Shown here: in pieces, positions 25,220 to 35,098 of the stretch
Layout of the letters: each line of letters begins with the position of its first letter
Position numbering within the stretch: position 1 is the stretch's first letter
Source of the DNA: a virus
Lineage: Duplodnaviria > Caudoviricetes
Virus record (IMG/VR): IMGVR_UViG_3300027863_000007
Location: 1-43,060 of that record
Length of the DNA stretch: 43,060 nt
Reading direction: 5' to 3' (one strand)
Translations under genes and position numbers: made by a program
The notes under the pieces: model-generated
What the model was told of the DNA's origin: nothing
What the model saw: the letters and a program-made list of their open reading frames with translations, nothing else
The model's database searches: none

Positions 25220-25590
25220 GTCAGCTCGCCTCCCAGGACGGTGACCGTCACGCGGGCCACGTTGGCCGTGCCCGCGGTGGCGGTCACGGTAATCAGGCTC
25301 CCGGCCGCCGCGAGGAGCGGCACCGGCAGGCCCTGGGTGTTCCCCGTCAGCGTGGCGTTGTTGAGGACCGCATAGCTGTCGGCCCCGGTGTCGGGGTCGG
25401 TCCAGGCCACCGTCACCGTGAGCGTCGTCGGCTGGCCGCTCGGCACGCTCACGTAGACCGTCACCAGCGCCGCCAGGTTCCGCCCGCCGACGGGCACGGC
25501 CGCGACCGGCGTGGCCGCCGTCGTGGTCAGCAGATAGCGGGTCGCCCCGCCCCACACGTACGCGGGCACCGGGACAATGCTCTGCGCCAC
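25216..25590 (-). CDS. Small beta-rich structural protein (penton/spike candidate)
   Basis: Thr/Val-rich alternating strands; follows the capsid candidates. Confidence 0.65.
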   Translation of the reverse strand: MAQSIVPVPAYVWGGATRYLLTTTAATPVAAVPVGGRNLAALVTVYVSVPSGQPTTLTVTVAWTDPDTGADSYAVLNNATLTGNTQGLPVPLLAAAGSLITVTATAGTANVARVTVTVLGGELT

Positions 25591-25591
25591 G

Positions 25592-26635
25592 TCACATCAC
25601 CCCCGCTTGGGCTTTGGCGACGAACAGGCCCGCATTCTGGGTTGCCTGGGCCAAGGCCGCCGGGGCGGGGGCCTGCCCTTGGGCTTGCGCCTGCTCGGTC
25701 ACCAGGCTCTGGTAGAGCGCCGCGAGGCCCGCGCTGTCGACCAGGCCCAGCCGGACCCGGAGCAGGTTCGACAGCGTGAGGCGCCACGCCTCGATGCGGA
25801 TGGGCACCGGCCCCGGCGGCGGGCTCTGCACCGTCACCACCACCTGCACCTGCTGGAGCGTCGGCAAAAAGCAGGTGATGGGGGCCGTCGTCACGCTCGG
25901 GTCGAACTGCCAGAAGCCGCTGGTGGTCTCCCAGTTCACCGTGACCAACGGCTGGTAGTCCGGATCGATGGGCACGTGAATGGCCCGCAAAATGTACAGG
26001 GCGTTGGTGGGCACGGTGAGCGTCGGCAGCACCGCCGTCAGGCTGTTGGCCGTGAACGTCACCGGCGGCCCGTCGTACACCAGCGGCGTCGCGTACTGCC
26101 GGTTCAGGTACGTCCGTTCGATCATCGTGCTGAGCGGAATCGGGTACGTCCCGTTTTGCGCCACCGCCGCCGTATCGAGGCCCAGGGCCCGGGCCGCGGC
26201 CTCGTCGGTGGGCGTCAGGGGGTAGCCCAGCAAAACCTTATAGGTGACGGGCAAGCGGAAGACGGTCACGTCGGCCAGCACCGGGCTGGGCACGCTGGTG
26301 GCCGTGTTCGGGTTCCGCGCGGTCAGGCTGAGGCTCTGCACCGCGGGCGCGTCGACCGTCACCGGCGCAAACCCGGGCGGATGCCCAATCGTATACAGGT
26401 CGTGGGTGGACCGATCCGCCTGGACCGTGAGGATCAGGTTCGGGTCCCGGGCCGTGCGCACCGTATTGAGCAGCACCAGCATGTCCGGACTCGGGTTCGG
26501 GTTCCAGTTGGCGATCGGGCCGAGAACCGCCGCCTGCGTGCCGGGCGCGAGCGCGACCGTCGCCGTAAACGGCAGCCGCGCATACCAGTACGGCTTTACG
26601 GCCGCAATCATGGGCGGGGTGAGGGTGGTCGCCAC
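25592..26635 (-). CDS. Capsid protein candidate 2 (347 aa, internal duplication)
   Basis: Beta-rich; two similar halves; RBS AGGTAGGTG. Confidence 0.55.
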   Translation of the reverse strand: MATTLTPPMIAAVKPYWYARLPFTATVALAPGTQAAVLGPIANWNPNPSPDMLVLLNTVRTARDPNLILTVQADRSTHDLYTIGHPPGFAPVTVDAPAVQSLSLTARNPNTATSVPSPVLADVTVFRLPVTYKVLLGYPLTPTDEAAARALGLDTAAVAQNGTYPIPLSTMIERTYLNRQYATPLVYDGPPVTFTANSLTAVLPTLTVPTNALYILRAIHVPIDPDYQPLVTVNWETTSGFWQFDPSVTTAPITCFLPTLQQVQVVVTVQSPPPGPVPIRIEAWRLTLSNLLRVRLGLVDSAGLAALYQSLVTEQAQAQGQAPAPAALAQATQNAGLFVAKAQAGVM

Positions 26636-26669
26636 GGGTTACACCTACCTTTCGGCGACGCATGGACCG

Positions 26670-26969
26670 TTAGGACACCCGGGGAAGCTGCCCGCGCCCG
26701 ACGCCGGTCACGGCCAGCGTGCCGTACGTCGTGTCGAGGGTCGTGCCGGCGCCAAACGTCAGGGTCGTGGGGCCGCTCAACTGCACCTGGTCCGCCGCCG
26801 TGGGGGCGGCCGTGACAATGGTGCAGGTCACGGGCGGCACGGCACTGCTGTCGGGATAGTTGCCGGTGTTCAGCAGCTCCACGTCCGTCAGCAGGTCGAA
26901 CGCCACCGGCAGGGTGACGGTCTCGCCGCTGACGTTGGCCGCGGTGAGTTGGACGAGGAGATGGGCCAT
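26670..26969 (-). CDS. Small beta-rich structural protein
   Basis: Lies between the two capsid candidates; Thr/Val-rich. Confidence 0.7.
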   Translation of the reverse strand: MAHLLVQLTAANVSGETVTLPVAFDLLTDVELLNTGNYPDSSAVPPVTCTIVTAAPTAADQVQLSGPTTLTFGAGTTLDTTYGTLAVTGVGRGQLPRVS

Positions 26970-26970
26970 G

Positions 26971-28203
26971 TTAGCTCACCCCTTCCAGCAGCACGCCCTG
27001 TTCCTGCCAGACGATGGCCTGGGCCGGGACGGCGGTGCCATTGTCGGCGATGAAGGGGGCCGCGATGTTCTTGTAGAACAGCAGTTCCTGGCCGTCCGGG
27101 TGCGGAATGGGCCGGTACAGGCCCGAAAAGCCCGTGCCCGTGCCATTGTCGCCCAAATACGGGCCGGTGTCGCCGACGAAGTAGTTGTTGACGGCGTCCG
27201 TCACCTCGAGGCCGGCGAAACTGCCGTTCACGTTCTCCGGGATTTCGGTGCCGTCCACGATCCAGCCGATCCGGGCGATGTTGCTGGGCCGGCTGACCGT
27301 CGTCACCCCAAAGTGCCGGATGAGGGCGGCGGCCCCGCTGGCCGGCCCATTGAGCCCCAGGTCCTGGTACGGCGTCAACACGTGCCCACTCGCGCCGTAC
27401 GTGGTCGAGTCATTGGACAGGACGTACCGATTGTTGGGTGTGGTGGCCGCCGCGTTGATCGCGTAGTGCACGTAGGGCGACACCTTGAGCGCCTGCTGGT
27501 TCACGCCCCCTGGCATCTGTTGCCAGGTCTTGAACGTGAGGGCGCTGGCGTCGAGGCCGTACGTGGTCACCAGCGGGGGCTGCCCCAGCACGTCGCGCAC
27601 CTCGGTCTGGTGGTGGATGCTGGTCTGCCAGCCGGGGGCCAGGTAGGCCAGATCCTGCGTGGTGTAGAGATACCCCTTCAGGATGATCCGCAGGCCGTAC
27701 CCGCTGGCCGCCGTCCACGCCTGTTGGCTCTGAATGGTCAGGGCCACGAATTGCGTGAACTTGATCGTGGTGTTCTTGGTCGGCATCGAGGACACGGTGG
27801 TGCCGCCGAGGCCCTTGAGGGCCAACTGCCAGAACGGCACCCCGAGCAGGTGGGCGAGGTGCGAGCCGCCATAGGTGCGGCTGTGCAGCGGCCACCCCAG
27901 CACGATGGCGTCGGCCGCGACATCAATCAGGTGCTGGTACTGTTGCCCGTCGACGACGGGCCAGACATCAATCCCGTAGTACGCGGGCGATCCGCTACTG
28001 GGGATGGGGGAGATGATCTCGATGGAGTCGATCTCGCCGACCAACTGGCCCGCGATGTTCGAACTCGTCGGGACCACCGGGTTGGGCGTGCGATAGCTGA
28101 CCCCGCCGGCGCTCATCGTCGCGTCGAGGACGAGCTGTTGCCCGGCGGTCATGCTGTTGATCGTCACGTCGTAAATCACGCGGTGCATCTTGAAGCTATC
28201 CAC
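26971..28203 (-). CDS. Major capsid protein candidate (410 aa, possible double jelly-roll)
   Basis: AAGGAGG RBS; strongly biased codons; beta-rich; half-repeat WPVVDGQQY vs GWIVDGTEI; preceded by small TM genes. Confidence 0.6.
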   Translation of the reverse strand: MDSFKMHRVIYDVTINSMTAGQQLVLDATMSAGGVSYRTPNPVVPTSSNIAGQLVGEIDSIEIISPIPSSGSPAYYGIDVWPVVDGQQYQHLIDVAADAIVLGWPLHSRTYGGSHLAHLLGVPFWQLALKGLGGTTVSSMPTKNTTIKFTQFVALTIQSQQAWTAASGYGLRIILKGYLYTTQDLAYLAPGWQTSIHHQTEVRDVLGQPPLVTTYGLDASALTFKTWQQMPGGVNQQALKVSPYVHYAINAAATTPNNRYVLSNDSTTYGASGHVLTPYQDLGLNGPASGAAALIRHFGVTTVSRPSNIARIGWIVDGTEIPENVNGSFAGLEVTDAVNNYFVGDTGPYLGDNGTGTGFSGLYRPIPHPDGQELLFYKNIAAPFIADNGTAVPAQAIVWQEQGVLLEGVS

Positions 28204-28267
28204 GGGTCACTGCCTCCTTTCCGCCGCAGCCTGGAGGCGGCGCTCCGATCCCGCTCGGCGGGGATCT

Positions 28268-28693
28268 CTAGTACCCCGCGAGGGCCACATCCCCGACGGC
28301 CGACATGGACGCGGCCGGAATCGGGGTCGTCAGCGGCGCGCTGGTGGCGCTGGCCGCCGCGGGGGTCGCGGTCGGGGCCGCCGGCGCCACGGGGGTGCCG
28401 ACGACGGCCGTGTCGAACGGATTGAGGGCACTCAGGGCGAAGCGGGCCCGCGCCAGCCGCGAGAAGAGGCCGTACATGGCCCCGTCGGCGGCCGCGTTCA
28501 GCGCCTGGCCGGCCGGGGTGCCGTCGTGGAGCACGTCGAAGAGGTCGGCCGCGATCACGGCCCAATCCACCAGATCGGCGTTGCCAAATTGCGGCACCAG
28601 TTGGGCGAGCGCGTGATCCGCGGTGGCGTCCAGGCCTGCCACGGCCACGGCGCCGACCGCCCGCACCAGAATGTCATCAGGGGTCCAGTGCAT
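28268..28693 (-). CDS. Small hydrophobic protein with Ala/Pro/Thr tail
   Basis: GGAGGTG plus ATG 28693. Confidence 0.7.
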   Translation of the reverse strand: MHWTPDDILVRAVGAVAVAGLDATADHALAQLVPQFGNADLVDWAVIAADLFDVLHDGTPAGQALNAAADGAMYGLFSRLARARFALSALNPFDTAVVGTPVAPAAPTATPAAASATSAPLTTPIPAASMSAVGDVALAGY

Positions 28694-28768
28694 GCGTGTC
28701 ACCTCCGCAACAGAGAAGGATCCGAGGGGCATGGTGCCGGACGGCGGCGGCAAGCAAATGGCGGCCGC

Positions 28769-29005
28769 CTAGTGGGTGACAATCCACACCAGCCCCCCCG
28801 CCCACGTGCCGTCGGCAAATTCGTTGAGCAACCCCGCTTCCTTCGTGAGCACCGAGAACAGCCCGCCGAGGGCCGTGCCCACGATGGCGTCCTGCATCGC
28901 CCGGGCCTTCCCGGCCTGGGCGGCCACCTGGTCGTAGTACACGACCGTGGCCACCGCGCCGAGGCCGGTCGCGGTCAGTTCCCGCCAGTTCGCCTTGATC
29001 GCCAT
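28769..29005 (-). CDS. Small membrane protein (78 aa)
   Basis: AAGGAGG RBS; hydrophobic Gly-rich helices. Confidence 0.75.
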   Translation of the reverse strand: MAIKANWRELTATGLGAVATVVYYDQVAAQAGKARAMQDAIVGTALGGLFSVLTKEAGLLNEFADGTWAGGLVWIVTH

Positions 29006-29011
29006 GCTGGT

Positions 29012-29599
29012 CTATTCGCCTCCTTCAGCCGGCGGGCGATGGCGCCGGAGCACCACCACCAGCGGCACGCCGAGGATCAGGCCGACCGCGAGCGCCCCCA
29101 CGCCGACCCCGCTCCCCCCCCCGCCAGCGGTCCCCCAGAGCCACCGGATGAGGTAGCTGGCGACGAACGCCGCGCCGACCGCCAGGCCGACCGCCACGGC
29201 CACCGTGTCGGGCACCCCGAGGGCGCTGGCGGCGAGCCCCGCCGTCACGCCCGCGAGGGCGGCCACGATGCCGTCGAGGAACGCGGAGGCGCCGCGCCAG
29301 CGCACCTGCACGGTGCGGGTGCGGGCGTCATAGGTGGCCGGCAGCCGGGCGCCGGGCCAGAGCGGCATCCGGTGGCCGCCGCTGACGAGGCGCCCCGCCT
29401 GCCACGCCGCGTTGACCGCGGCGGCGGCAATCTGCCCGGTGTGCAGCGGGCCGACGACCGGGAGCGTGACGACCTGCCAGACGCTGACGAACGCGAAGCG
29501 CGTGCCGGGGGGCGCCGCCGCCTCCTGCCGGGTCAGGCGCTGGACCGTCGCCGGCTGGAGCAGCGTGCGGCCCGTGCCCGTCGCCAGGGGGTGCAGCAT
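29012..29599 (-). CDS. Membrane protein (2-3 C-terminal TM)
   Basis: AGGAG RBS; hydrophobic C-terminal half. Confidence 0.75.
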   Translation of the reverse strand: MLHPLATGTGRTLLQPATVQRLTRQEAAAPPGTRFAFVSVWQVVTLPVVGPLHTGQIAAAAVNAAWQAGRLVSGGHRMPLWPGARLPATYDARTRTVQVRWRGASAFLDGIVAALAGVTAGLAASALGVPDTVAVAVGLAVGAAFVASYLIRWLWGTAGGGGSGVGVGALAVGLILGVPLVVVLRRHRPPAEGGE

Positions 29600-29659
29600 G
29601 GGGGCCCCGCCTCCTGGGGACGAGGGTACCGGCGGGCGGCGGCAAGAAAAGGCGGGGGG

Positions 29660-32635
29660 CTAGTCGCCGAACCAGACCCAACTGGGCGCGGCGGAATAGG
29701 TCAAGGTGACGGTGTCGCCCGGCCCCAGCAGGAGGAGCCCGCTGGTCAGGCCCGTGGCCGTCCCGTTGACGGCGAGCGCGGTCACCGTGCCGCCGGTGAT
29801 ATAGACGCGGCAGGCATACGGAAACGGGTTGGCCAAGGCGGTGCCACTGGCGGGCATCGTGGGGGCCGTCAGGAGGCCGACGGGGTTGACGCCGGGGTTG
29901 TGGCGGACCACACTGGTTGAGCCGGTCGCCAACTGGATAGCGCCGGAGGTGTTACCGGCGAACGTGTTGCCCTCGTAGACGTTCGCCGTGGCCGTGCCGG
30001 TCTCCTGAATCCCCCATCCATTGTTGGACAGCAGTTGGTTGTCATGCACGCGGGAATCCGTCACGCTCTCCAGCAGGATGCCGTCGCCGCTGGCCGCCGC
30101 CACCACGTTGCCGCCGACATCGAGTTGACTCCCGACGAGGATCATCGCCTGATACGGCGTCGCCTGGATGTGGTTGCCGCGAATGGAGCCCCGCGCGCAG
30201 GCCACGCTGGACGTGTTGCCCAGGCTGATGCCGTTGTTGCCGACCGTCTTCGTCACATTAATGAGGTTGGCGCTGGGGATCTGGCTCGGGTCCCACGTGC
30301 TGACATACTGCACAATGACGGACTGTCCAATGCTGTACGTGGTGCTGCCCTGCGTTTGCGGCCAGTCCACCTCGTAGTCGTTCAGGTCATTCCAGACCAC
30401 GTTGCCGATGGCCGCGCCCGGCGACCCGCCGTTGTCCTCGTAGACGAACACCGCGCCGATGCCTTCGGGCCGCGTGGACAGCACCACCCCCACCATGGCC
30501 ACGCTGGCGTTCCCGCCGCCCCAGGCCATGCCGTTCGACGCCGCTTGGACGGTCAGCGTCTCCTGGTAGGTGAGGGTCAGGGCGGTGCTCACCGTGTTGC
30601 CCGCCAGGTCGAAGCCGACCGTCGAGCCGAGCGAGATCGCAGTGTTGTGATTCTGCTGGAAGCGGCAGCCCCGGACGATCAGATTCTGGCTGAAGGCGCT
30701 TCCGCCCGCATAGTTGGTGACCCCCGCCTGGAGATTCCGCCGGAACGTGCAGCCGTCGACGGTCCAGTCCAGTTGCTGGTCGTCCACGCCGTTCGAGCCA
30801 TTGTGCGCGACGGTGCATCCGACCAACGACACGCCGGTGACGGTGGGCGACGACGCCACGCCTTCGGCGGCGTTGCCGAAAATCAGCGTGCCCTCCAGCG
30901 TCAGGCCGTCCATGTAGCCCAAGCCGACGCCCTCCGTACCCTTGCCGGTGCGACCCAGGACGCCGCCCACATACGCATTATCATGGCTGCGAAGGTGCGA
31001 GTACGGGCCGATGCCGACGTGGAGCGCCCAACTGTTGTTATGGAGTCCGATGCAGTTGACCCAACGATTGCCGCGTCCGCCCTCGACGGCGAAGGCGTGG
31101 CCCTCGCTGTTCGGCGCGTTGAAGAAGTAGGTGTTGTACAGCGAATGCACGTTCACCGCCGTACAGAAATCCGACTGCGTGAACGACACCCCGGCCCACC
31201 CACCGTCGGTAACGTAACAATCGGAGAGACGGACATCGGTTGCGTTCCACACGCTGATGCCCTGGTCGCCGCTGTTGGTCACGGTGCAGGATTCAATCAG
31301 GCACGCCGCCGCTGTCTCCGTGCTGGCACTGCCGCCGAGCTTCAGGGCCGACATCCAGGTGTGCTGCCCGTGCACGTGCCGATAGGTGACGCCGGTCGCC
31401 GGCGAGGAGGCGGAGGTGCCGCGCGCCACCAGCCCATTGGTGTCGTCCTCATCGTCGCCCGCCTTGAGCATCACGGTATTGATGCGGTTGCCGTCGATCA
31501 CCAGATTCTCCACCGTCACATCGGTAGGGTCGGTGAGCAGCAACACGTTCGCGCCGAGTCCGGGGATGAGTTTCAGAATCGATGTCCACTCGTTGCCGCC
31601 CGCAATCGTCACGCCAGCCAGATTGGCCGCGCTCAGCCCCTGCACGTAGCAGGTCGTGTCGGCCTCTTGCATAAGCTGCGTGACGCCGCTCGTCGGAGAG
31701 GCCAGGGCGCCCAGGGCGGTCGTCCACGGCGCCGTGTCATCGTGGCCCAGCACCGTCCCGCTGAGGGAGGCTTGTGGCGGGTCCTGCAGCGTCACGGTCG
31801 TGTCGGTGACCGCCACGATGGTGGTCAGCAGGGTTTGTCCCAGGGGGCTCGTCGGGGGGCTCGCCGGATACTGATCCGAGGGGGCATAGCCGAGGCTGTT
31901 GCCCGCCAGGCCCTGCCCGAAGTCCACCAGAAAGTCATTGTAGGTCACGCCGAGGAAGTTGGTGGCCCCGGACGGATCTTGGACCCAGAATGCGTAGGAC
32001 GCGGCATTGGCGACAGGCGTCCAGCTTACTTTGTGCCAAAACCGCCAATACAGCGTGCTGTACCCCGTCGTGGTGCTGACGGCGGCCGCCGCCGTGATCC
32101 CGCCCGTATCGTCGCAGGTGGCCACATAGTACGTGTACGCGGCGTCCGCGCTCGGCGCGGTCGCCGAACCGTTGGTCTGCAGGCTGATCGCGAGCCCCGT
32201 CGGAGCGCTGAGGCTCGGCGCCGCGCCGCCATGAATGAGCCAGACCGCCTGCCCAACCGTGAAGTCGTGGCCCGCGCCGACCGTGATCGTGGCGATGCCG
32301 GCCGTGGTGTCCACCGTGTACGTCCTGGCCGAGCCGGAGGCGCCGAAATCGCGTTGGAGGTAGAGGACCGTTGGCGTCGCCGTCGCCCACGGGACCGGCG
32401 CCGCCGTCCCGACCTGGTAGAACGCGCCCGTCGCGTCCAGCCGGACCGTGCCCGGCACCACGGGGGCGCTGTCCAGCCGGTACGTGCCCGGCGGCACCAC
32501 CAAGGTCCCGCCCAACGCCGTGACCTGCGCAATCGCCGCCGTGATCGCCACCGTGTCGTCGTGCACCCCGTCGCCCACCGCGCCGTAGTGGCGCACGTTA
32601 ATCGGCGTGCTGATGATGGCCGGCGTCAGCCCCAT
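29660..32635 (-). CDS. Beta-helix spike / receptor-binding protein 2 (pectate-lyase-3-like, 991 aa)
   Basis: NVRHYGAVGDGVHDDT; right-handed beta-helix repeats (IDGN, xxNxxxGI). Confidence 0.88.
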   Translation of the reverse strand: MGLTPAIISTPINVRHYGAVGDGVHDDTVAITAAIAQVTALGGTLVVPPGTYRLDSAPVVPGTVRLDATGAFYQVGTAAPVPWATATPTVLYLQRDFGASGSARTYTVDTTAGIATITVGAGHDFTVGQAVWLIHGGAAPSLSAPTGLAISLQTNGSATAPSADAAYTYYVATCDDTGGITAAAAVSTTTGYSTLYWRFWHKVSWTPVANAASYAFWVQDPSGATNFLGVTYNDFLVDFGQGLAGNSLGYAPSDQYPASPPTSPLGQTLLTTIVAVTDTTVTLQDPPQASLSGTVLGHDDTAPWTTALGALASPTSGVTQLMQEADTTCYVQGLSAANLAGVTIAGGNEWTSILKLIPGLGANVLLLTDPTDVTVENLVIDGNRINTVMLKAGDDEDDTNGLVARGTSASSPATGVTYRHVHGQHTWMSALKLGGSASTETAAACLIESCTVTNSGDQGISVWNATDVRLSDCYVTDGGWAGVSFTQSDFCTAVNVHSLYNTYFFNAPNSEGHAFAVEGGRGNRWVNCIGLHNNSWALHVGIGPYSHLRSHDNAYVGGVLGRTGKGTEGVGLGYMDGLTLEGTLIFGNAAEGVASSPTVTGVSLVGCTVAHNGSNGVDDQQLDWTVDGCTFRRNLQAGVTNYAGGSAFSQNLIVRGCRFQQNHNTAISLGSTVGFDLAGNTVSTALTLTYQETLTVQAASNGMAWGGGNASVAMVGVVLSTRPEGIGAVFVYEDNGGSPGAAIGNVVWNDLNDYEVDWPQTQGSTTYSIGQSVIVQYVSTWDPSQIPSANLINVTKTVGNNGISLGNTSSVACARGSIRGNHIQATPYQAMILVGSQLDVGGNVVAAASGDGILLESVTDSRVHDNQLLSNNGWGIQETGTATANVYEGNTFAGNTSGAIQLATGSTSVVRHNPGVNPVGLLTAPTMPASGTALANPFPYACRVYITGGTVTALAVNGTATGLTSGLLLLGPGDTVTLTYSAAPSWVWFGD

Positions 32636-32728
32636 GTGATCGGCACCTCCCTTGGCCTCTCCCGCGCGTTAGCCCGCCCGCACGACACCGGCGGCCCCGG
32701 GCGTCTCACACCCTGGGGGCCGCATCGG

Positions 32729-34249
32729 TCATTCCCCCATGACCGTGGCGGTCGCCAGGGTCGCCGCGCTGGCCGTGAAACTGTAATACCACCCGGCAGG
32801 CACCCGGATCTCGACCAGATCGGGCGCGGCGCTGGAGGTCGTGCCGGGGATCTGCTTGGTGAAAATCGTGGGCGGCGTGCTGGCGGGGCCGAGCGCCACC
32901 GCCACCGTGCCCGCCGTGCCGCTGGCGGTGGCGTAGGCGGGCTGGTAGATGGTGTAATCCACAAACGCCGTATTCTGGTAGACCGTGCCCGAGACGAACG
33001 GGGAAGCCGGAGGCGTGATCGGTCCGACCGGATTGAAGCCGAGATTGTTGGCCGCCTTCTGCGCGCCGGAGACCGACTGACTGACAATGGCGGTGCCGCT
33101 GACACTATGCACATCGCAAGCATCGACGAACCAGTAATCAATATCGGGGCCGATGTTGATCGCGTGGAGAGCGCTACTACCAGTCGCGACGGCGTGCATC
33201 GTGTGACTGATGAGGACCTGATTCGTTCCCCCTGCCAACGTGATATCACTATAGGTGGCGGAGGCGCTGATGCCGGAGTTACAGATGGTCGAGCCCTCAA
33301 TCGTGAGCACTATGTCGTAAGGGGTCGTGGCAGTGGCGACATAGATGCCATCCTCTTGCGCGTACTGGAAGTTGCAGTTGAGAATCCGGAGATTCTGGGC
33401 ACCAGCCGGCCCGACATAGACATGATGTTGGCCGCCATCGCTCCAGCAGGTGTCGAGGTCGATCATGGTTCCGGCGGCGAGATAGAATGGGATGCCGGCA
33501 ACGGGGATGCCGTCGGCGCTAAATTTCCGCACCCAGATGTTGGCCGGGGCGGTGCCGTTTTGGGTGTTGAGGACCGCGACCGAGTAAAAGGCCCCAATGG
33601 CCACGCATTGGTCCAAGGTGACGCTCCCGGAGCCGGTGTCAATGGCAAAGGCGGCCAAGGCCGTATTGTCGGATTGGGGACCCACGAAGCATCGGACGCA
33701 CTTGCCGCCACCCGGCGCTTGAATCCAGTAAAAGCCATAGGGTCCTACCACGGAGGGGGCCCAAATATCCTCGCAATAGGTCGCGGCCACTGCGCCACCC
33801 TCGAAGCGGATCGCTTCATAGGCGTTGGCAATCCACAGGCGCCGGAACAGGTTCAGCCCGGAGTACGTGTGGATGGCGGCCCCTGCCGTGGGCGTGCCCG
33901 TGTACGCAATGGTCAGGTTTTCGACGCGGCACTGACCCGCCGCCACACTGTTCAGCGTACCGATAACAATCGCGTCAAAACTGCCATCCGGGAGCAATTG
34001 GGTCCCATGACCCCCCGCGTTATCCACCCCGGCGCCGACCAGCGAGATGCTATCCGTGGTGAGGGTCAAGGGGGCCGACGTGCGGTAGCCGCCAGGCGGC
34101 AGGTACACCACACCCCCCAGCCCCGCCGACGCGGCGTTGATTGCGGCCTGAATCGCCACCGTGTCGTCGTGCACCCCGTCGCCGACGGCCCCGAACGCGT
34201 GCACGTTGACCGGGGTGGTCGGCGTCGCGGGGACGTAGGTCGCCATCAC
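32729..34249 (-). CDS. Beta-helix spike / receptor-binding protein 1 (506 aa)
   Basis: NVHAFGAVGDGVHDDTVAIQAAI...GGVVYLPPG.Y. Confidence 0.88.
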   Translation of the reverse strand: MMATYVPATPTTPVNVHAFGAVGDGVHDDTVAIQAAINAASAGLGGVVYLPPGGYRTSAPLTLTTDSISLVGAGVDNAGGHGTQLLPDGSFDAIVIGTLNSVAAGQCRVENLTIAYTGTPTAGAAIHTYSGLNLFRRLWIANAYEAIRFEGGAVAATYCEDIWAPSVVGPYGFYWIQAPGGGKCVRCFVGPQSDNTALAAFAIDTGSGSVTLDQCVAIGAFYSVAVLNTQNGTAPANIWVRKFSADGIPVAGIPFYLAAGTMIDLDTCWSDGGQHHVYVGPAGAQNLRILNCNFQYAQEDGIYVATATTPYDIVLTIEGSTICNSGISASATYSDITLAGGTNQVLISHTMHAVATGSSALHAINIGPDIDYWFVDACDVHSVSGTAIVSQSVSGAQKAANNLGFNPVGPITPPASPFVSGTVYQNTAFVDYTIYQPAYATASGTAGTVAVALGPASTPPTIFTKQIPGTTSSAAPDLVEIRVPAGWYYSFTASAATLATATVMGE

Positions 34250-34263
34250 GCCATCCTCCTCCG

Positions 34264-35070
34264 TTATGCTGTGGCGGTTTGGACCAACAGGCCGGTCCCC
34301 GCCGGTTGCGCCGTCCCGACCGTGAGCGTATAGGTGGCGCCCGCGGCCACGGCCACCGTCACGGGGGTCCAGACGCTGGCCGCCACGCTGTTGCCGTTAT
34401 TGAGCGTGGCGGTGACGCCGGTCCCGCTGGCCGGGGTCACCGTCAGGGCGAGCGGGCTCGCCGTCGCCAGCGCGACGAGGATGCGGGCCGTGCCCGCGGC
34501 CGGGGCGGTCCACGTGGCGAGGGCCCCCCCCGCGCTGATCGCGCCCAGGGTCGTCGGCCCCGCCACCGTCGTAATCTGCGGGGTCACCAGCCATGGCGCC
34601 GGCCCGGGCAGCCCCTGAATCACGTATCCCGACCATTGCGGCGGTGCCAAAATGGTCCGGGGCTCGTACGTCATCAGCAGGTAGTCCCACAGGGCGGGCT
34701 CTTGGCTCGCGAGGTTGATCTGGTCGCCCGTGGAGACCGGCACCCCGAGGGCCGCCACGCTGCCGACGATGAGCGGCAGGTCGTTGTTCAGGGCCCCGAA
34801 GCTGGCCCCGCCGTTCCAGGTCCAGAGCAGGGGGAACCCGAGCGGCCCCGTGCCGCCCGGGGCGCCCGTGATGATGACCCGCCCGGGTCCCGGGATGAGG
34901 AACGGCTGACTCAGGAGCCCGCCGTCCGCCGCCGTCGGGATCTGGATCGGCGTGGTGCTGTGAAAGACCTGAATGATGGGGCTGCCGGTGTTCGGCCCGG
35001 TGGCGGGATTGCCGCCGATGACCGGGCTCAGGACCGGGACGCCCTCCGGCGGGGCGTAACGCACACTCAT
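34264..35070 (-). CDS. Beta-rich structural protein (vertex/spike adaptor candidate)
   Basis: AGGAGG RBS; two similar segments GALNNDLPL / ATLNNGNSV; precedes the spikes. Confidence 0.7.
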   Translation of the reverse strand: MSVRYAPPEGVPVLSPVIGGNPATGPNTGSPIIQVFHSTTPIQIPTAADGGLLSQPFLIPGPGRVIITGAPGGTGPLGFPLLWTWNGGASFGALNNDLPLIVGSVAALGVPVSTGDQINLASQEPALWDYLLMTYEPRTILAPPQWSGYVIQGLPGPAPWLVTPQITTVAGPTTLGAISAGGALATWTAPAAGTARILVALATASPLALTVTPASGTGVTATLNNGNSVAASVWTPVTVAVAAGATYTLTVGTAQPAGTGLLVQTATA

Positions 35071-35098
35071 CAGCCGTGCCCTCCTGTCGCCGAGAGCT

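Noticed and set aside
32544-34183. Diversity-generating retroelement TR/VR pair or invertible shufflon in the spikes
   Set aside because: No reverse transcriptase found, no adenine-specific mismatches, and the repeats are direct and short
30035-34333. 1432-aa plus-strand ORF
   Set aside because: Antisense shadow of the two spike genes; Arg/Gly/His-rich with no motifs
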